DNA from: Eledone cirrhosa
Taxonomy: Eukaryota
Direction of reading: 5' to 3'
Length of the DNA: 64,000 nt
NCBI GenBank assembly: GCA_964016885.1
Contig: OZ024740.1
Location: forward strand, 281,108,001 to 281,172,000
The position numbers and the translations under genes were made by a program. Numbering within the stretch: position 1 is the first letter of the stretch; every line of letters begins with the position of its first letter. Below the pieces are notes generated by a model, which had not been told where the DNA came from, searched no databases, and saw nothing but the letters and a program-made list of their open reading frames with translations. This document shows positions 25,290-38,400 of the stretch, piece by piece.

Positions 25290-26464
25290 GGAAAAATTTG
25301 AACAGGAACAAAACAGAGAGGCAGTACAACGAATGTTTATTAATTTCACGCTCTGGAGAGTGGGGTGGTGGTGGGGAACGACGTTTCGGGCATAAGCCCT
25401 TCCTCAGGTGAGATGTGTGTGGGAAGAGAGTTGAAAGGGTGTGTAGGGGAGTGGTGGAGAGACATATAGCGAAAAGGGGGTGGGAGGAAACGGTGCGAAT
25501 GAAATTAAAAATTAAAATAAAAATAAAGCATGATCAAAATAAAATGAAATGAAATAAAAATAAAAGCATGATCAAAATAAACTGAAATTAAAAAGGGGTA
25601 AAACAGGTGGTGGAAAGGTGTGGGGTGTGTAGGGATGGTGGCGGGTGGAGTGGGGAGAGGGAGACGGGGTGTCCGAGCGGGGAGGGCTGAAGGTGGTGTG
25701 TGTGTGTAGGTGTACGTGTGTGTGTGTGTGTGTGTATGTGAAAGCAAGGGTTGGGGGAAGAACGGGGTTGCATGTTCAGGAAGAGGTGTGTGTGGGGTGG
25801 GGTGTAGGTCGGAGTGTGTGTGCGTGTGTGGATAGAGGGTTGGGGGGAGAGGAATCCGGAGGCTGAAGGTGTAAATATGTGGTGGTAAGCACGTGTGTGT
25901 GGGGTTTAAGCGTGTTGTGGGTGTAGGTGGCGTGTGGGAGAAAAACATTTTTTTTTGGTGTGTGTGTGGGTGAGTTATATAGGTGATTCCGTAAGAGGAT
26001 GTGGTTGAAATGTTGGTGAACTCCTATGATGGTAGTAGATTCCATGGTCAAGCTCCACATACGAGTATTCCATGAAGAGATGGTCGGAAGAGGAGAGATG
26101 TGGGGTGCGCGCGCAACAGGAAGTGGTCAAGGCGGTAGAAGTGCTGTGTGTCTGTGTGGGCTGGGAGGTGGTTAGAGGGCATAGCAGCAGTCGGGTGGAA
26201 TGGTAAAGGGGCGAGAATGGGTAGGTGTGAAATTGGAGTGAGGAGGGTGTGTGTGTGTATTAGTAGAGGTGTTAGTGGGATGAGTGAGTGTGGAGAAAGG
26301 GTGTGGGTGGAGCGGGCAGAGAAGGGTGTGGGGTCGATGGAGGGAGTGTGGTGTACTGGTGTGTGTGTAGTTTGATGAAGGGGGTGTTAGTGGGTGTTAG
26401 TATACGGGAGATGGAGAAAGGGTTGAATGCAGGTGTGAGTGGGGGTTAGTGGTGGTAGGGTGTG
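25287..26464 (-). repeat. 3' pseudo-LTR
   Basis: Highly similar direct repeat of 30072-31236. Confidence 0.95.
25378..25409 (-). ncRNA. Minimal hammerhead in the 3' pLTR
   Basis: AC-CTGAGGA-a GGGC ttat GCCC-GAAA-CG-TC-GT; very short stems I and III. Confidence 0.75.
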
Positions 26465-26890
26465 TAGAGTTGGTGGTGTACGAGGGTGTGTGGGTACGTG
26501 TGCGTGGGGTTGGGGGTGTTAGTGATGTTAGTTGCGTGTGGGGTGGGTGGTGTAAGTCGGTGCGTGTGTTCGTGTGCTTGGGTCAGGGGGTGTTAGTGAT
26601 GTTAGTTGCGGGGTGGTGGGATGGAGGTGTGGGGGTGAGGGTTAGTGGTGGTAGTAGGGTGTGTGTTTAGTGTGAGCGCGTGTATATATGTGCCGGTGGG
26701 TGTGTGCGTGTGATAAGGAGGGGGGAGGAGAAGAAGGGAGGGATGTTAGTATATTAGTTGGGGAAGGGTGGTCGGATGAGGGGTGGAGTGGAGGTGTTAG
26801 TATTGTTAGTTCTAGGGTGGGCGGTGAAAAGGAGGAGTGTGTTAGTGGTGTTAGTGGGGGATATGTTTGGGGGAGGGGGGCGGTCGAAGG

Positions 26891-29646
26891 CTAAAGGAAT
26901 AAGGGTGGGGAGTTCAGGCCGGGGGGAGTGTGGGTCTGTAAGATGAAGATGGTACTTTGTTCAACTCTGAGGAGATTGGCGGGTGTTCCGTGGCATTGGA
27001 ATAGGCCACAGACTGTGAGATGGCGTGCGGAATGTCCAGGGGCACCAAAGTGGCGGGCGATGGGGGAACTACCACCGAGACGAATATCCCGGAGGGGCTC
27101 AGTGAATCGGTCCGCCAGGCGACGTCCCGTCTGTCCGTAGACTAGGTTGGAGGAGGTGCAGCGGAAGGCATGCCGGACAGAGAGAGAGTGGCCGTTGGGA
27201 CCCTGGAAGGTGGTGGTGTTGGTGATGCGGGGACAGGTGTTGCAGCGGGGCCTAGAACAGGGAAAGGAACCGGGGGGGGGTAAAAGAGCGTGGGTTGGGG
27301 GTAGGGAGCTGTGGACGAGGAGGGTGCGGAGATTGCGTGCGTGTTGGGAAGGTGTGGGAGGTGGAGGGGTCGGACTGGAGGCGTCGGAAGAGGCGGCGGA
27401 TGGTGCGGTGGAGGGGTAAGGTGGAGGGGTGGTAGGTGATGGGGAAGGGGAGACGGTGGGTGGGTGTGCGGTGGCGTGGGGTGAGGGTGGAGGAGCGGTG
27501 GACTGCACGGGCGCGGGTGAGAGCGGTGTGGACGAGAGAGGGGGGGGGGGGTAACCTCTGCGGATGAAATGGCTGACTAGGGAAAGGGCCTGGGACTCGA
27601 AGTCAGCATCTCGGCTACAGAGGCGGCGGATCCTGAGGAGTTGGGAGTAGGGAATAGAGTGTTTAGTGTGTGTGGGGTGGGAAGAGGTGAAGTCGAGGTA
27701 AGAGTGGGAGTCGGTGGGTTTGAAGAAAGCGGAGGTGACGAGGGAGTGGTGGGAAGGGTCGAAGGCGACGGAGATGTCTAAGAAGTGGACGTGGATGGTG
27801 GAGATAGAGGTGGTGAAGTGGAGGGAGGGGTAGAAGGAGCAGAAGAAGGAGAGAAAGGAGTCGAGCTGTTCTCGGGTGAGGGTCGTGGCTCCGATACAGT
27901 CGTCAATGTAACGACCGTACACTTTGGGCGTGGGGCCGGTGTACTGGGCAAAGATTTGGGCCTCAACATGGCCAACAAAAAGGTTGGCATAATTCGGACC
28001 CATTCTTGTACCCATGGCTACCCTCATGACCTGTTGGTAAAACTCACCCGAGAAGGAGAAACAATTGAGGGTGAGGACCAGCTCGGCGAGGCGAAGGAGG
28101 GTGGGGCTGGAGGGAATGGGGGAGGGGCGAAGGTCGAAGTAGTGTTTGAGGGCACGTTGGCCGTCGCCGTGGGGGATGACGGTATAGAGGGACTTGATGT
28201 CTAGGGTGAAGAGGAAGGGCTGTGGATCGGGTGGGTAGGTGAAGGTGTCGAAAAGGCGCAGGGCGTGGTTGGTGTCGGAGATGTGGGAGGGGAGGGTGGT
28301 GACAAGGGGGGGGCGAGGATGGAGTCGAGAAAGGCGGAGATGAGTTCGGTGGGGCAGTGCAAGCGGAGACGATGGGGCGGCCGGGGTTGTCGGGTTTGTG
28401 GAGTTTGGAGAGGAAGTAGATGGTGGGGGTGCGGGGGGTGCGGACGATGAGGTGGGAAGCGGTGGGGGGGGGAGGGAGGAGGAGACAAGGTGTTGGATGG
28501 TGGAGGAAACTTGTTGTTGGTAGAGGGGTGTGGGATCGGAGGGTAGAGGGCGGTAGAAGAGGGGTTACAGAGCTGCCTGAGGGCTTCGGCCGTGTAGAGG
28601 TCCGCGCGCCACACCACCACGGCGCCTCCCTTGTCCGCCGGTTTGATGACGATGTCATCTCGGCTACGGAGGGAGCGGAGAGCGAGGAGTTCGCCCCGTG
28701 AGATATTATTCCGTTTGGAACGGTGGCGGAAGTCGAAATGATTTACTGCGCTACGGCTGGCATCGACGAACTCGTCCAGGGTGCTAAATTGCCCTGGGGC
28801 CGGCGTCCAAGAAGATGGTCGTCGGCCCAGGGCGAGAAACGGGTCTGGGTCGTCCGGAGCCGGTGGCGTTCGGCCGAAATGTGCCTGTAGCTTCGTGCGT
28901 CGCACGAATCGCTCGACTTCCGTTCGGGTGCGGAACTCGTCGCTGTGCGGAGTGTGGGGTATGAAGCGAAGGCCTCTACTAAGGAGTGAGCGCTCAGGTG
29001 CGGAGAGAGGGAGGTCAGGGGGTATGGTGACAACAAGTGGTGGGGTTTGGGTGTGTGGGGGGAAGGGAGGATGTGGTGAGGGGTGAGGTGGAGGGTGGAG
29101 ATTGGGTAGGGGTGTGGGTCGAGGGATGGGTGGAGAGTGGTGGGCTCATGGGGATGGGCGGGTGGTGGTGGATGGGGCTGGTTGGGAGGAGTGAGTGTAG
29201 CTTGCGGGCTTTGGTGGAGCTGAGGAAGGAGAAGAGATTGTGGTTGAGGTTTTGGATGAAGGAGAGGATGGCTTGGGCGAGGAGGGGGTTGCAGGTGGAG
29301 TTAAGGCGGAGGAGGGTGGGGGTCAGTTGGTGGTCAAGTTGGCGGAGGGTGGAACGGGAGGCGCGGATGGAGTTGTGCATCAGGAGGCGTGAGATTCGGG
29401 TGAGGATACGTGCGTGGAGGGGGAATCGTCGGGGGAATGGTGGAAGTGTAGACGGAAGCCGAGGGGGATAAGGTGGAGGCGGAGGCAGTGGCTGAGGAAA
29501 TGGATGTGGCTGGAGTGCCGGGTTTTGGCGAAGAGAAGGTAGGAGAGTTGAAGGGCAGAGGGGAGATAGCAGGGTGGAAGGAGGTGGGTGAGGAAAAGTT
29601 TGAGGCTAGTATGTAGTTGGTGGAGAAAGGATCTCAGGCTGGGCAT
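26891..29646 (-). pseudogene. PLE reverse transcriptase plus GIY-YIG ORF, multiple frameshifts (several at G/C runs)
   Basis: HIHFLSHCLRLHLIPLGF; LSRGLRFIP; IVIKPADKGGAVVV; KLHKPDNPGRPIVS; LDIKSLYT; AMGTRMGPNYANLF; RYIDD; FLDI; KPTDSHSYLDFTSSHP; CSRPRCNTC; PPGLN. Confidence 0.95.
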
Positions 29647-30071
29647 GGTGGGCGTTGGGTGAAAGCAGGGGGGGGGATGAGAAAGCAGGTGTGTGAAGCG
29701 GGGTGGAGTGAACGAAGGAGTGAGTGCGAAGGATAGGCAGAGACGGGGAAGGGAAAATGAAACAGAAAAACGTAAGGAGGGGAGAGTATACACAGGAAAA
29801 TTAAAGACAAAAAAGCATAAAGGTAAAAACACAGGCAATCGTGAACAAAAAATCATAGAAATAAAATTGTAAGAACACAGGCAAAAAATGATATACGGAA
29901 ATAAACAAGTACAGTAACAAAATCAAACAAAGGTAATGCGTGGAAGGAAAGACCAAGTGTGGGAAGGTGTGTAAAGTTCAGAGAGTGGTCACGGCGGATT
30001 AGATCGGGGTTGTGCCCGTAGTTAAGTTATGTTCCAAAGGAATGGAAGCCGTGTGAGCGTGTATTATATAT

Positions 30072-31236
30072 AATGGAAAATTTGAACAGGAACAAAACAG
30101 AGAGGCAGTACAGCGAATGTTTATTAATTTCACGCTCTGGAGAGTGGGGTGGTGGTGGGGAACGACGTTTCGGGCATAAGCCCTTCCTCAGGTGAGAAGT
30201 ATGTGGGAAGAGAGTTCAAAGGGTGTGTAGGGGAGTGGTGGAGAGACATATAGCGAAAAGGAGGTGGGAGGAAACGGTGCGAATGAAATTAAAATTAAAA
30301 TTAAAATAAAGCATGATCAAAATAAAATGAAATGAAATAAAAATAAAAGCATGATCAAAATAAACTGAAATTAAAAAGGGGTAAAACAGGTGGTAGAAAG
30401 GTGTGGGGTGTGTAGGGATGGTGGCGGGTGGAGTGGGGAGAGGGAGACGGGGTGTCCGAGCGGGGAGGGTTGAAGGTGGTGTGTGTGTGTAAGTGTACGT
30501 GTGTGTGTGTGTGTATGTGAAAGCAAGGGTTGGGGGAAGAACGGGGTTGCATGTTCAGGAAGAGGTGTGTGTGGGGTGGGGTATAGGTCGGAGTGTGTGT
30601 GCGTGTGTGGATAGAGGAGTGGGGGGAGAGGAATCCGGAGGCTGAAGGTGTAAATATGTGGTGGAAAGCACCTGTGTGTGGGGTTTAAGCGTGTTGTGGG
30701 TGTAGGTGGCGTGTGGGAGAAAAATTTTTTTGGTGTGTGTGTGGGTGAGTTATATAGGTGATTCCGTAAGAGGATGTGGTTGAAATGTTGGTGAACTCCT
30801 ATGATGGTAGTAGATTCCATGGTCAAGCTCCACATACGAGTATTCCATGAAGAGATGGTCGGAAGAGGAGAGATGTGGGGTGCGCGCGCAACAGGAAGTG
30901 GTCAAGGCGGTAGGAGTGCTGTGTGTCTGTGTGGGCTGGGAGGTGGTCAGAGGGCATAGCAGTCGGGTGGAATGGTAAAGGGGCGAGGATGGGTAGGTGT
31001 GAAAGTTGGAGTGAGGAGGGTGTGTGTGTGTATTAGTAGAGGTGTTAGTGGGATGAGTGAGTGTGGAGAAAGGGTGTGGGTGGAGCGGGGAGAGAAGGGT
31101 GTGGGGGTCGATGGAGGGAGTGTGGTGTACTGGTGTGTAGTTTGATGAAGGGGGTGTTAGTGGGTGTTAGTATACGGGAGGTGGAGAAAGGGTTGAATGC
31201 AGGTTTGAGTGGGGGTTAGTGGTGGTAGTAGGGTGT
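30072..31236 (-). repeat. 5' pseudo-LTR
   Basis: Direct repeat of 25287-26464. Confidence 0.95.
30162..30193 (-). ncRNA. Minimal hammerhead in the 5' pLTR
   Basis: Identical motif to 25378-25409. Confidence 0.75.
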
Positions 31237-31779
31237 TATATATATATATATATATATACACACACGCACATATATATATATACACACAGATACATATTTG
31301 CCATAGCAGATTCAATATATACAATCTTTAGGGAAGAGTTAGAATCTGTCTTTATATAATACTAGCTGTGTTAAAGTTACAATGTTAAGTTCCTTTCTTG
31401 GCTTAAAAACTGTAGAGTCTACAGTGTAGGCTTCCATGTGGTACTTTTGATTAATATTCCCTCAACCAACAGTATGCCTTATGACTTTAAGAAAACATAA
31501 CCATAATCCGAATGTTAAAACAAAAGTGGATGCTGGAGATAAAAACTGCACTGGTAATCTATTAACAAATCAAAAATGTAAACACTGCAACACTTGTCTC
31601 AGAGAAAAACATCAGCGTAACCAAACTATCAGTTATTTTGAAACAAAGAAACTGGATGGACGTTTAAAATCATTGCTTCTAAATGAAAATCTCATAAGGC
31701 TTAATTCGAGATCAATGCTTTTTTTTACAAAATATTTGCTTGTTTTACGATGTATTCAAATAGGCTTGTTTTCAAGTAA

Positions 31780-31936
31780 AAATATTGTTTTAAAAGACTT
31801 TTTAATGGAAATGAAGCAAAATGGAGGCTTAATTTTGAACTCATAAATTTTGCAGGTTAAAATTTTACTGGCCGGAAAGTTGTTTGTATATTTCTGTACA
31901 TTTGCACGCGTCGTTTATACTTAACATAAATAGATA
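31780..31936. repeat. Dispersed repeat shared with ~33898-34058 (Helitron-internal)
   Basis: aaatattgttttaaaagactttttaatggaaatgaagcaaaatgga...ttttgcaggttaaaatttt at both sites. Confidence 0.8.
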
Positions 31937-32145
31937 AGCAAATGTTGTTCACTTGTCCCCCTCGCTTTACGCGATTACTGGTCCCAATAACTTGTTTTAG
32001 CTTATTGCTCGCACCAACCTGAGGTATCTGATTTTTAATGCGATGAAATACCAATGATGGTTGGCAAATCACTGACGAAGGACTATTTTTATCATATCTA
32101 ACCCATGTGCAAACCACGCAGTATTCTTCTTTCTTCTCATGTTTT

Positions 32146-32227
<82 letters not shown>

Positions 32228-32239
32228 CATATATATCAC

Positions 32240-32680
32240 CTATCAGGGGTACCCGGCGTTGCTCGGGTATTAAATAGCAGTTATTATGCCATTTATGTCA
32301 ATACTTCAGTGCTGTTTCGAAAACTATACTTTTACAAAATCATCGGCTTTTTCCAAAAGGGGGTTCCTCCCCCCAGGTGTCCCCTACTAATTATGTGCCA
32401 ATTCTGAGAGTTCACATTCATCAGTAGAACAAACGTTGCCCATGTTTCAAGTTTTGTGAAAATCGGTTTCGAACTCCAGAAGTTATGACGTTTTGTTGCA
32501 TTGCACTGCAGTGCTTCAGTCGACTCCAAGCAAGTGGTTAAAGGGAGTTATCTGCCGGGAGGCCCTATAATATCTGGAAAAATGAAAGTGCCCATGACCA
32601 TCCGCAATATATATGTAACCTATGTCTTAAGTTTGGTGAAAATACTGTAGAAATCATAAGGTTTACACACACACACGCCG
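32240..32680 (-). mobile_element. Non-autonomous Helitron, 3' part
   Basis: Subterminal hairpin CCCGAGCAACGCCGGG is identical to that of 53441-54186. Confidence 0.6.
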
Positions 32681-32835
32681 TCGCGCGTGGGTGCGTGTGT
32701 GTGTGTGTGTGTGTATTTGTGTGTGTGTATGTATTTGTGTGTGCGTATCTATATGTATGTGTATGTCCGTCGGCGCATACGTATGTACTGGCCTAAAACT
32801 TCACTATTTACTTTTACTATTTTAAGGCAAAGTTA

Positions 32836-32945
32836 AAATCCCGTCGAGGTTAACTTTGCCTTTTATCATTACAGGATCGATAAAATAAAGTACCTGTAAT
32901 GTATTGGATAATGCTGGCCTTGTGCCAAAAGTAGAAACAACTATT
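32836..32945 (+). mobile_element. Meta-like SINE, 3' part
   Basis: aaatcccgtcgaggttaactttgccttttatc...gataaaataaagtacc...ggccttgtgccaaaagtagaaac. Confidence 0.8.
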
Positions 32946-33782
32946 TTAATAACCTCTGTTATTTTCGTTTATAATTTTATTTACATCATTCTTAAACTCC
33001 GGGGCTGGAAATCATTCGGTTATTTTAAATAGAATATTAGTTTAACGACTCCATTTACACCATAAACTTAGTCTTGACTTTGCATGAAATTGTTCTTCTC
33101 GGTCCACATAACGACGTATTATCCTCGCCTTTTTCCCGTTCCTTACCAGGGAACATCTTCACGAACCAAAATATCGTCTTCCTGTTTTCCTTCGGTTGCA
33201 ACGTTTCTCGAAATATTTAATTCTGCGTTCACAGATTGAATTTATTAGTTTAAGAAGATCCCGTTAATGTTGAAAGCAGCGATTCTTTGCTTAAACTTTC
33301 TTTCTTTCTCAACCCCTCACCCTTTTTTCTAATCTCTCTTTCTCTCTCTCTCTCTCTCACTCATACCCCCTCTCTACAGAATGGAGAACAATAAAGAACG
33401 CGCAGATCTCTCTCTCTCTCTCTATCTAATTATCTTGTACCTCTCTCTGTATAACGACCTATCTCACTCTCTCTCTCTCTACATCTCCATTTCTCTCTTT
33501 AGATGTATATCTATATGCGTGTGTGTGATATATATATATATATAGAGAGAGTTGCAAACTATGTAGTTTCATAGATTTTTGAGGGTAGTGAGAATGAAAA
33601 TATAAACAGAGCATATAAATAAATTTACAGTAGAATAACATAACAAATATGTTTTAAATATATACATAAATAACATTAAAAATGCCTCGGTAACACTACA
33701 AAGGATGATACAGTGAAATATATATTCCTTCAATGCTACAATATTAAAGAAAATGTAACGGAAGGGGTGAACAATGTAGCCA

Positions 33783-34318
33783 ACACCAGAGCAAAAGACA
33801 CCAGCGTCGCCAGTACTGCGCAACCTCTCTAATGATTTTTTAAGCAAGCCAGCACACTCGCAGCGTTGCCTTGGGTGATGGCGAGGCTGATGCGCTGAAA
33901 TATTGTTTTAAAAGACTTTTTAATGGAAATGAAGCAAAATGGAAGCTTAATGTTGAAACTTCGAACTCATGAATTTTGCAGGTTAAAATTTTGCTGGCCC
34001 GAAAACTGTTCGCGTATCTTTTGTACCTTTGCACGTATATTCGTAACGTAAATAGATATTCAAATGACGCGATAAAAGTGAAATAACTCGTCTCTCATCT
34101 CTATTTATACATTTGAACTGAAAAAATCAATACATTACAAATTCTATGTTTCCACTTAGCGTAGGTCGATTTGAAAATTTGTTTGACCGATGTCTCCGCC
34201 GCACCTTCATCTATAATTTGAACCTACGGTTTAGGAGGAGATGTGTGCCGACTGTTTTAGTAGACAAACAGACAGACAGACAGATAGACAACCTGAGTTT
34301 TATATATATATATATAGA
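33783..34318 (-). mobile_element. Non-autonomous Helitron, decayed
   Basis: Minus strand begins TCTATATA..(TGTC)n like the other copies; eroded hairpin near 33798-33815. Confidence 0.55.
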
Positions 34319-35434
34319 CTTGCTTGAAATGCGCCATATATTTCTAAATTACACACAGGAAAGTTTTATATAAAAGCTTCCACATGTTTGTCGACAACAA
34401 AATACTGAAAACATTTACATATAATAGAAGAATCGAACTAAAAATGAATGTGTAGGAATAAATATTGGAATTGCATTTTCCTAGAAGGGACTTGATCTGG
34501 GATCGTGTATTGAAACTAAACCGATAACATCAAGGAAGAGTCATTTTAGATATTCAAAAAAGAAGTTTTAATTCACTTTATGTTTATCGTTTATTTCAGA
34601 ACAACGAATGTTTGACATCAAGAGATACGTATATGATAAATATAAAGTTAATTGAACAGCTTTACTATGTTGTTAGAATCGCCAAAGTGACTTTTATTCG
34701 AAGTAATTGCTGGAATAAATATTAGGATATTAAATAATTTGTGTTCATCAATCGTATTTTAGGATATAGATTTATTTTGGAAAGTGCTGTAATATATATT
34801 TGACCGAAAATGTTTGCATTTTTCATTACGCAAATATATTTATATGCATATAATGAAATCTTTTAAAACCCAAATCGTCACGAGTGAAAATAAATACATA
34901 CCGATATTGAAGAAGAGATAGGATAGCACATTCTGTATCAATTGCCAGTATATACAAAAAGATCTCTATGTATTATATATATTTTATACTTTCTTTTTAT
35001 ATATACTTTCCAAAATGTGTTTTGTTGATTATGTACTTTTTCATCTGCTTGCTGTGATATTTTCATCTTATTAAACAATGATTGTATTTGGTATGTGTTG
35101 TGTAAGATATGTTATTTGATATTGTGTTGGTAGAGATTGTGTGGGTTGTGTGAGTTAGAGAGGGTATATGTCCATTGTGTAAGCATATCTACTGTGTTAT
35201 TTTATTGGATGATGATTGCATAGGTTATTTATTGTGAGAGTTGTGCCAAGTGTATATTGTATGATTGTACTATTAATTAGAAGTATCTGAGTAAGGTTAT
35301 GAGTTGACACAAAATTATTTGGAGTTTATGAAGGATTGGGGACTACTATTTTTTATGATTTTATTCGTGTTTTCTTTATCTTTAGTTAGTGTTAATATTA
35401 TTATTAGTTAGTGTTATTATTGTTATTATTATTA

Positions 35435-38400
35435 TGGTTGCATTTATCTTGCTTTATGTTCATACGAGTTATCACCAAGTCACAACCAGTGACTTTAAAG
35501 AAAGAACATACATACACACACATGCATCTTTGGGCGTTTAGACTTGTGATGTACTTATATTGACAGAATCTTCCTTAGTATATGGGTAGTTCCCATTAGT
35601 ACAATCGTTTCTACTAAGTAATAATTAGACCCCTTAGGTATCATTCCTAGAGCGCCTACAATCACTGGTATTGTTTTAGTTCTCAATTTCCACATTTCTC
35701 CAATTTCTATCTCCAGGTCCTTATACTTGCTCAATTTTTTAAATGTTTTTATAGATACATTCTTGTCTATTGGAACGGACATATCAATTAACAGGCATAC
35801 CCTCTTTTTAAAGTCCTTCAATATTATATCAGGTCTATTTGCATCTATTTTTTGGTCTGTTTGGATGCTAAAGTTCCACAAGATTGAGATGTGATCTTTT
35901 TCAAGTATGGGAGGTGGTTGATGCTCCCACCAATTCTTTTGATGGGGCAGGTCAAAATGCTTACACATTATGAAATGTATGTATTGTGCAGCTCTGTCAT
36001 GCCTGTTTAGGTATTCGGTTGGAGCTATAGGACTGCACATTGAAATTATCGGATCAATGTTCTCTGGTTGTTTGTTACATTCACGGCAAAATGGGTTGAA
36101 TCCATTTTTTATTATGTTGGCTTGGTAATTTGTGTTGGCAGACACTGATCTTGTGCTGATATAATCAGTCCTTCAGTCTCCGATTTCAGTCCAGAGGATG
36201 CCAACCACTGATGGGTTAAAGTTTTGTCAACATCAGGATTGTTAGCTCTTTCTTGGTATTTTCCATACAGAGGATTTTCTTGCCATTTCTTAGCCAGTTT
36301 CTGTAGCAGTTCTTTCTTTGCAGTTACTTTTACCTGCTTTGCTTTTTCTGTGTTTTCCATTTCAGCAGTAAATGGGACTTCTGAAATTTGTAGTCCATTA
36401 CTGTATCTTTGTGCATCTTTTGTAATGGAGTATGATCTTTTGATGCTTTCGTGTTTCAAAACGAGTTTGATCATCCAATCATGTGATTCCCTTAGATATG
36501 TAGATAATCCAATTGTTGCAGTTTTCAACGCAATATCAACGTCCTCCTTCTTTCCTAGGGAGATATATTCTATCTATATCTGCCTTAGGGTGATGCATTC
36601 TGTGCATGGTTAAGAATTTTCGAATTTTTGTATTGAGCCTACGGATCTCTGTGCTTGACCAGTTGATGACATTGTAACTGTAGGTTACTACTGGTATGGC
36701 AAGCGTGTTTATGGCATCGATCCTATTCCTTGCATTCAATTCCGTTCTTAAGATTGCTCTTACTCGGCGATAACATTCCTTCCTCATCCTTTCCCTCATT
36801 GTCGAGTACTTGATTCCGTCTCCTTCACAAACACCTAGATATTTGTAAGTTTCCCCTTGATCAAATTGTTTTATCACATTCCCTCGATCAAGATTAATGT
36901 CGGAACTTTTCAGCAGCTTTCCCCTGGTGAACGTTGCTTTGGCGCATTTATCTAGTCCAAACTCCATTTTAATGTCGTCACTGAACTGCTCCACAGTGCA
37001 TAATAGCTCTTACAATTGTTCACCATTTTTTTGCAAATAGTTTCAGGTCATCCATGTAGAACAAGTGATTAATGGTTTTGTCATAGACTTTATATCCATG
37101 TTTTGTTTCATTGAGCATTTTACTTAATGGTATAAGTGCGATGCAGAATAAAAGCGGTGATAAAGAATCACCCTGAAAAATTCCACAATTAATATTAACT
37201 TCTCCAGCTACCAGTGATTTTGTTTCACTATTCAAAAGGAGTGTTATTTTCCATGTCTTGATACTGAATGACAGGAACCTCCTGACAACGGGAGATATTT
37301 CGAAAATCTCTAAACATTTTTCAATCCAACTGTGTGGCAAACTATCGAATGCTTTTTTATAATCTATCCAAGCAATTGATAGATTTTTGTGTCTATTATG
37401 ACAATCTTCCAGTATCATTTTGTTAACCAAAACTGATCCTTACAGCCATATGAGCCTCGTTTACACCCTTTCTGCTCATTGGGAAATAGATCAGTTAGGA
37501 CTGATGTTAAAATTTTATACATTGTGGTCAAGCAAGTTATTGGTCTTTAATTTTTGGGATTGTTTGTCTCATCATTCTTCGGAAGCAGGAATGTAATGCC
37601 GTTAACTAGCCATGATGGTACCTTTTCTGGCTCCTTAAGTATTTCATTGTAAAGTTGGGCTAACAGCTCATGAGACTCTGTGAAGGCATTTATCCAAAAA
37701 TTTGCTATTTTGTCTTGTTCTGGGGATTTCCATTTGTTGGTTTTTCTAAGAGCCAAACGTAACTGTTCAACTGTTATATTTTCCCATATTTGTTCCTCAA
37801 GGTGAGCTGTATCTTTCATTTGTCTGTCTATCCATGGGGCATGTATATTATGAACTTTTTCTTCAGCCCAGATCTTTTCCCAGAATTCTTGCACTTCCTC
37901 CTTGGGTGGTATTGATTTAGCAGTTATTGTTGACTTGCCAATTTTTCTGTAGAAGTATCTTTGGTTGTTTTTGAACATATTGTCCTCATAGAATCTAGAT
38001 CGTTTTTCAAAGCGCCTTATACGAGCAGCTTTGGCCGACACTTTTTACTTGATTATTTCTATCAGCATGTCTATGTCACTTGTTGATTTTATACTGTATT
38101 TCCTTTTCAATTTTCTAAGTTTAGTTTTTTTAACATGTTCACCTACTTTGTAGTTTGTTAAAATTTCTATGTCAGATCGGAGAAGGTTTATTTGGCGATT
38201 GATGTTCTCTTGCCAAGTAGATTTCTTGTGGGAATTCCTTTGTTTTTTCATTTTCACTCCACATAACTGAGTGGTGACTTTAGCCGATGCTTAATAGAGA
38301 TGATTTAAATCAGTAATGTTTAGTTTGTTTGTGATGATAATGTTTTTGAGAATTATGTTAGTCTTTTGTATTATCTTTTGGTTCTGTTTGGAGTTCTGGA

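Larger units (their letters stand above)
25287..31236 (-). mobile_element. Near-complete GC-rich Penelope-like retroelement (Neptune-like) with two pseudo-LTRs
   Basis: Direct repeats 25287-26464 and 30072-31236 flank a fragmented RT-EN ORF; an HHR lies in each repeat; (TA)n on both sides. Confidence 0.95.

Noticed and set aside
27785-29471. Plus-strand Gly/Val/Arg-rich ORFs
   Set aside because: Antisense shadows of the C-rich PLE ORF.
25287-31236. LTR retrotransposon
   Set aside because: No gag, protease or integrase, and no TG..CA ends; RT and GIY-YIG motifs are PLE-type.
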